DNA from: the human T2T-CHM13v2.0 reference genome, Homo sapiens
Assembly (NCBI RefSeq): GCF_009914755.1
Contig: NC_060926.1
Reading direction: 5' to 3' (one strand)
DNA: 64,000 bases
The translations under genes and the position numbers were made by a program. The notes below the pieces were generated by a model. The model worked only from the letters and a program-made list of their open reading frames with translations, was not told the origin of the DNA and did no database searches. This document shows positions 56,801 to 64,000 of the stretch, one piece after another (position 1 is the stretch's first letter; each line of letters starts with the position of its first letter).

Positions 56801-58425
56801 AGCCAAGGCCTGGAATCAGGAGCCCAAAGAGCCCACCTAGTGCTCTACCCCATTGTGACCAGGCTGTTTCCATGCCACAAGACAAAGTCTCCTTTACTCT
56901 TCTGTTTCCATTTCTCAAGCAGAATGAGTCTCTCACCACAGCCATGACAGCTGGGAATGTGCTAGTCACACCTGAAGCCAGCACATCTCTGAGTTACACC
57001 CAAGGCCCACAGCGAGTACTGCCTATCACTGCTGATTATTCAGGCCCAAGGGCTCTTTAATCAGCACTTGGCAAATCCTGCCAGGACTGGGTCCATCCCT
57101 TCAAGGCAGCGAGTTTCCTTTTCATCGAGGGTGTGTCTAGAAATGTCCAGGAGCTAGGTCCTGGAATGGGGGACTCAGGACTCTGCCTGTGGCCCTATTC
57201 TACTGTGGCTGAGCTGGTATCCAAGTTGCAAGACAAAGTCCTCTTTAATGTCCCCTCTACTCTCCTCAAACAGAAGGAAGGAGTCTCTTTTGGTGCTACA
57301 AGCTGTGCTGCCTGGGGTTGGGGAGTTGGCACAAGCACTCCCTTGGCCACCCCAGCTGGTGTCTCACTAGGTCACGTTCCCTGCAAGTCCCCTCACTCCA
57401 CACTTAGCACAGCACCAGACCTTGCCAAGGAATTGCAGTCCTTGAGGCATAGATTGCCTTTCAGGTTTATTTAGGGCCCCAGAGTACTGTAGGCCATGGT
57501 CTTGAGGCTTGGTAGAACTCAGGTTCTGACTGTTGGGATGGATGATTCCTTTCTGTCTAGGGCTCATATAAATGCTCCCTCTATAGATGCCGGCTTAGTT
57601 CTGCCTGATGTTGCTTTCTGTTGTGCCAGGGCAACACTGAGTTCCAATGCAGTCCCACAATCCCTTTGCTCTCCTTTCCTCAAGTGCACAGATTCTCTTT
57701 GCTGCACCACATGGCCACTGCTGGGGGATGGAGAAGGGATGGTGTCTGCAATTCAAGCGTATCTTTACTACCCTCTTCAGTGCCTCTTCCAGTGATATAA
57801 ACTTAAAACCAGGTATTGTGATTGCTCACATGATTTTTTTGGTTCTCATGAAGGACTTTTGTGTGAATAGTCATTTAATTTGGTGTTTCTGCCAAGGGGA
57901 CAATTGGTAGAGACTTTTATTTGGCTATCATTCTCTGTCTCCTCTCTCAATCTGGAGTTCTTTACTCAGCCAAATTCACTAATGTGGGAAGGGAAAGAAA
58001 GTCATTTTTAGATATTCGAAGTCTTGGAAAGTTTAATACCTATGAATCATTTCTATAAAGCTTACTAAAGAATATACTTCAGTAAGTCAGAGAATAAATC
58101 CAAGACAAAATGTGTGATGTACGAAAAATGGCGAACAAATAGATGATTTCACTGTGGCAGATGAGTGAAGCCTGTGGAAAAGGTCATGCTGAGCATCTTG
58201 TTTCTTTGGAGGTGTATGTGGACAATAAACGTGTATTCATCCATTATATAAATTATTCGTGTAATTACTTTTTAATAGGACAAAAAAAAAACACAATACA
58301 TCAACAAAGTCCAGAGGATTGAGCAACAAAGCACTTGGAGGACATTTTAGCAGAAGGAGCATTTGAACTTGGTCCTAAAAGTAGAGATGTTTGCTAAGTA
58401 GCAAACATAGGGTGGAAGGGTGCTC

Positions 58426-59048
58426 TGAGTCACTACAAGTGACCATATGTACAAAGTGAAAGGACTTGGGTTATTCAAGAAAGAGTAAGTTCAGTGGTGA
58501 TTATGGGGTACATGGCCTGAGGTGCGCCTAGAAAATAAAGTTTTAATTTCTATTTTCTATAGAGTGCCAGATGATGAGCTAAACTGATTTCCTTATCATA
58601 CTTTCTTAATTACCTACTCCTATCATTCATTTTGTTCCATGACTCATTATTTGTACTGGAAAATAAAGCTTAGCACATTACAACCTGCTAGAAATTTCAT
58701 GTTCTTTCTGAATTAAGAATTATCTGTTTGCTTCCAAACTCATTATGCATATATTACACAAGCAGTATAATGAGTCATATGTTACGCTTTTTAAAACTGG
58801 ATCATTAAGAAATCGTAAGAACAGATGTATAACAGTTCAAAATCTCAAGAAGCAGAGACTATGGGATGGCACTGGTGATCCCCAAAACAGGTTGCTGTGG
58901 CATAAATATGATCAGTAAGCATCTTTGACTCATAGGCCAGACCAGGCCCACCCCAGACCACCATGACCAAGACACAGAGGCAAATGCTCTCAGTCAATAT
59001 AGGTTTCATGTTCTTACCGAGACATTTGCTTTTACTGGAAGTGACTCA
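58426..59048. promoter_or_regulatory. Candidate AP-1 enhancer (five TGASTCA sites)
   Basis: TGAGTCA at 58426 and 58771; TGACTCA at 58640, 58926 and 59042. Confidence 0.5.
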
Positions 59049-61425
59049 TCCTAATCAGAAAATTATTTTATTTTTAATGCTCCGTTATTTGTAGATATGA
59101 ATAAGCCTACATTCTGCATGGAAACATAGGCAAGCACTCAAGAACAGCTCTTTTGCAGAGTTTACGCAGAGCCAGAAGATTGCTAAACTGAAGCAACATA
59201 AGTCCAAAACTTGAAATCATTTATAAAGAACTTATTTTTGTTTAAATAGATGTTAGAACTCAGAGAACATATACAAAGTACTAAATGTGTGTATACCATT
59301 TACATAGCAGATAGGGAGGTAAGCAGAAGAAGCAAGACAGGAGAGAGCTATTTGTCAAGTTTTATAGTGATAATAAAAAAGGCAAGACGAATGTTTCAGT
59401 GTCAACTGAGAGCTGATCATTTGTTGAAGATTAAAGGCAGAAGAAAAGGGACTTTTGGCAAAGCAGATCTTTCTGTAACGCTGTTAGTACAAAAAATAAT
59501 TGGCTGCCTTTTGCAGAGATGTTCTAATCAAATACATTTCTTGAAAAAGTAAAGGCATACTCAGGATGAATACAGCATGTAATGTATGGCCCCACTGACA
59601 TCTACATTCTATGAAACTTTCAAATTATATTTATATTTAATTTAAATTTACATCCCTGTTTTCTTTTTAAAAAATATTTTGAAAAGGTTGTCTAATCAAT
59701 TACTGTTAGCACCAACTTTTTATTTCTGGGGATTGATTAATTAGTTTGTGGGTTATGCAGACATTTGATGACTTGTTTTTTCCTTGTATCTTGCCTTTTA
59801 AACATTATGTTAAATAGTAGCATTTTACCAAGATTGAGAGATAAGAGTTGAAATTTAAATCAGTCAATTATGCTACCTTGGAGTATTTATAAGGCTTTAT
59901 ATATGGGTGGGTAGAGACTTTAAGGTAAAAAAAAGTCATTAAGGAAAGAGAAATGGAACCAATATCTAGAGTTGACTTAAATCATGTATTTGCTGTTTGT
60001 CCTCTTTCCCACAGGAATCTAAGAGATGGTTGTGAATATTAATTAAAATAACATACAGAAGATTATACTCTGAGAATATTTCTTACTTGATATTTATCTA
60101 TGTTACATAAATTCCAAATTGGATTCCATAGAGTATATTTGAAGGTGCAAATGAATTGAACAGAAGATGCTGTTAAAATATTTCACAAAACAACCAGAAA
60201 TTCAATGAAAGTATCTTAACTGCACTTTAATATTATCACAGAATATATATATTCTAGTCTTGTCACAAACTGTAATTGGAAAAGACTGTGATCATACTCC
60301 CTTGCACAAAGATTTGGTATCCATTCTGAGATTGGATTCTTCTAGAATAAATATGAATCTGAAGCATCTCCATGTCAACCTTATATACAGTGGACCCTTC
60401 CTGGAATTGAGGAACTCAGATTTTCCAATTGTGCTATGTGATTTTCAGAAACAATTTGAGAATGTTCAGGTGTAAAGGTGTGAAATGGAGAAGACAGTCA
60501 CTTGGGGTTGGAAGACACCCTTTGCCTGAGAACTATAAATCAGAATGCTCACTGGTTTCCAGAGAAAGTGAGAGTAGTTAGGCAGCAGTAGCTGCCTGGA
60601 ACTACCTGATTTTCCACTAGCTATACCTGAACATCGTTTAAAAGGTTATACATATTTTAAAGTGCTTCACCATTATTAGGAGTGCAGTCTTTCCTGTCTT
60701 CAATCATTTGTAATGTCTCTCAATAAAGGCAGTACCCCAAATGCTTTTCCTGATACCTGCAAAATAAATGAAAGGAGTCCACTAAAATTCTGATGACTGT
60801 CAAGATTGTGTCAGACATCAATCATATGGGGTTACAAGGCACTGACTTAAGGGACTCTTAAAACCCTGCTTTGAAAAATTATAATATAAAATTTTGGGGG
60901 TAATTTAGATCAGTGTTCCTGATGAAATGTTTTGAAGAACTAAACTGGAGATAGTACATCAGCCTGGTAGTTATTTGTTGCCTTTTTTTTTTTTTTTTTT
61001 TTAGAATGTTTTCTCTCTTCAAGATTCTCTTTTGAAAGACATCTAAAAAGGTAAGACTGGGCAAGACTTTGAGAGAATTTGTTCTTTCAAGTCTTCCCTG
61101 ATTGATAACTATTGCTAAAATATAGTTCATGGTTTGCCTACATCAGTGATGGTGCATAATACTATTTATATTCTGAACATTTCCTCTGAGTAGAAAATGT
61201 GAAGTTCATTCAAATTTATGGAGCTTCATCTTCGACTGTGTTTATTCTCTCTCTTTTTTCTCTCTCAGACAACACATTCATTTATTCTGTTTTAACTATG
61301 TAAAAAAATAAGAATATGTTGCACTTGTTATCCATAGCTTAAAGAAAGAATTAACAAAGCTAAACCAATAAAATAATAGCTATTTAACAGGAAGCTATAA
61401 GAAAACACTCTCCTGGTTCTTTCTC

Positions 61426-61485
61426 TTTTTATTTTTTATTTTATTATTATTATAATACTTTAAGTTTTAGGGTACATGTGCACAA
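61426..61485 (-). mobile_element. Extremely short L1PA 3'-terminal stub
   Basis: T/TTA tract followed by atactttaagttttagggtacatgtgcacaa, identical to the L1 end at 16911. Confidence 0.8.
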
Positions 61486-62375
61486 TTATTATTGTAGTTC
61501 GTTTCCATTGTATTACATATGTCAAGTACAATGCATATTGAAAGGCCCTCTGTGTACCTATAATATTGCTCTTATAGGTAAATGTAAGAATGTTAGGAAC
61601 AGTGTTCTTTTGCATTAAGTAAGGGAGGTAAATTCAATATGATTTTGGAAATAATGATCTCATCCAAAGTAGCTTGTCCTTCATTAGAAGACAAAGCATG
61701 TTTTTTTGAAAAAGAGCTCTATTTTAATTTCTCTGATTTAAGAGAGGGTGTGAAAAATCTTTTTCTGCATCAAAATGCAAAAGAACCTTAAAAATATTAT
61801 TTAAAATTATCTTTGTTATTCTGGCTCTTAATTTTTTATTAAAAAATTCAAATGTGCTCATTGTATAACATAGAAAATCATAAAGAGAAAATATATAACC
61901 TATAAACTCACCATCCAGAGACAACCCCATTAACATCTCAGAATATATTCTTCCAAACATTTTTCACACATCACACACAAAAGTATAAGTAAGCGTGTAT
62001 GTATATGTCAGTAGGTGTTTAATGCATGAGTACATGCATGTGTATATATGGATACAAATCTATAATGAAATTATACTAGATACAGCTATACTATTTAAAC
62101 ATTGTGTGAAATTTTTGAAAATTATTTGGAAACCCTACCAACAACAGAGTTCTAGAAGTTACTCTGAATCCAAACCAAATAAAATCTTATAACATTATTT
62201 TCTTCCATTGTATTACCAAACTATTTAAAATGTGAAGAATTTTGCAAATGGGTTATTTATTCATTTATTTATTTATATCGTTGAGTAAGAGGATCATACC
62301 TATAATCTCCTACAAAGGCTACTGGCCTACTGTTCAGGAATCCTGAGTAATTCTCCTCACCTTAATATAAATTTT

Positions 62376-62424
62376 ATCTATATATCTGTATATCTATATC
62401 TATATCTATATCTGTATCTATCTA
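62376..62424. repeat. (TATATC)n / (TATC)n simple repeat
   Basis: Read directly. Confidence 0.85.
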
Positions 62425-62634
62425 TTCCTCACTCCTCTCTGTCTCTTGAGTATTTTAAACATCTTTCCCCTCTGGCTACCTCCTTGCAGCCCAGGACATA
62501 TTCAAGTCTGGTTCATCTATAAAATAAATCTAAAAAGCTCCACTCCACTCTTGCTCTTGCTCTCTACTGTAAGGTCCCATGTTTGAAGGAGGCTTTCTTT
62601 TAACTGTCAAGGTGTTTTTTAAAGAACTTGCCTA

Positions 62635-62963
<329 letters not shown>

Positions 62964-63472
62964 GCTAATTTTTTATCACCTACCTATTTCCCACTCTTTC
63001 CCTCAATATAACTACTAGAATTCAGTGGATAATTTTTAGATGTTTGTAATTACATCCTCTGTAGTTTTGACATGCTGATCACATGTTTCCTAAAGAAACT
63101 CTCTTCAATCTTTATTTCCATGTTGTTATTCTTTCCTGGTCTTCTTACTCCTCTGATTGTATTTTTGTGTGTGTGTGTTTGTTTCCATTTTGTCCTCTTT
63201 TCCCCCTTAACATTTGGGTTTATCAGAATTCTACACTTTTTTCTTATCTTTGCATTCCACAAACTGCTTGGATTAATTTATCTATCCCCATGTCTTTCAG
63301 GGCTTATTTGACAAGGACTCATATATTATGTGTATACCTTCAAGACAGACCACTCTTCTGTGTTATAAAATAGAAAACTGTAAGAATAATACTAATGATT
63401 TTTAAAGTGCCTAACAGGACACTTTAAAAAGTGTGGTGGCTCATGCCCGTAATCCCAGCACTTTGGAGGCCA

Positions 63473-63718
63473 GCAACCATTTTTTATGTCCATAGTTTCT
63501 GTAGGTCAAGAATCCAGGTAAGGCAAAGTGAAGATGACTTGTCTCTGCTCCACTATGTTGAGGGCCTCAGTTGGAACTCTCACAACTGGAGCTGACTCAC
63601 GTGGCTGGGGACTGGAATTACCCGGAGGCTTCTTCACTCACATGTCTCATGGGGTAGCTGTGATGACTCAAAGTCTGGGCTCCACTGGGGCTGTTGACAG
63701 GAATCAGCATGTGACATC
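63473..63718 (-). mobile_element. MLT1-type LTR fragment (preceded by a ~40-bp Alu 5' stub at ~63431-63472)
   Basis: caaccattt...tttctgtaggtcaagaatcc...cttgtctctgctccactatg...ggcttcttcactcacatgtct. Confidence 0.65.
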
Positions 63719-63719
63719 T

Positions 63720-64000
63720 TGTATTAGTCTGTTTTCATGCTGCTAATAAAGACCTACCTGAGACTGGGTGGTTTATAAAGCAGAGAGGTTTAATGGACTC
63801 ATGGTTTCACATGGCTGGGGAGGCCTCACAATCATGGTGGAAGACAAAGAAAGAACAAAGGGATGTCTTATATGGCGGCAGGCAAGGGGGCTTGTGCAGG
63901 GGAAGTCCCAGTTATAAAACCATCAGATCTTATGAGACTTATTCACTACCACAAGAAAAGTATGGCAAAACCACTCCCATGATTCAATTAACTCCACCTG
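63720..64000 (-). mobile_element. THE1 LTR, cut by the window end
   Basis: tgtattagtctgttttcatgctgctaataaagac...gagactggg...ataaaaccatcagatcttatgagacttattcactac. Confidence 0.9.

Overview
Human-like (primate) genomic DNA; no prokaryotic-type systems, RNA genes or CRISPR arrays were seen. Positions ~1-16.5 kb hold the 3' half of ITPRID2 (SSFA2/KRAP) on the + strand: seven coding exons (1006-2217, 4388-4465, 4545-4672, 5086-5236, 6387-6452, 7738-8202, 13951-14068) splice in frame through canonical GT-AG introns, followed by a terminal exon from 15351 to a poly(A) signal at 16505. The rest is mostly repeat-rich: many Alus (one AluYa5), L1PA/L1M fragments, an apparently full-length old L1MA with nested Alus, MaLR LTRs, and MER5/Tigger DNA transposons. 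It also contains a TSD-flanked processed KRT18 pseudogene on the - strand (46900-48314), a small GC-rich promoter-like patch near 40.0-40.2 kb and an AP-1 motif cluster near 58.4-59.0 kb. The most interesting signal is the ITPRID2 C-terminal splicing region. Skipping the stop-containing exon turns the start of the terminal '3'UTR' exon into a hydrophobic Cys-rich tail ending in -CC. That exon is bracketed by an inverted Alu pair including a human-specific AluYa5, and the upstream intron holds candidate cryptic micro and poison exons with RBFOX, QKI and UGC motifs. Coordinates were read by eye; repeat subfamily calls and boundaries are approximate.
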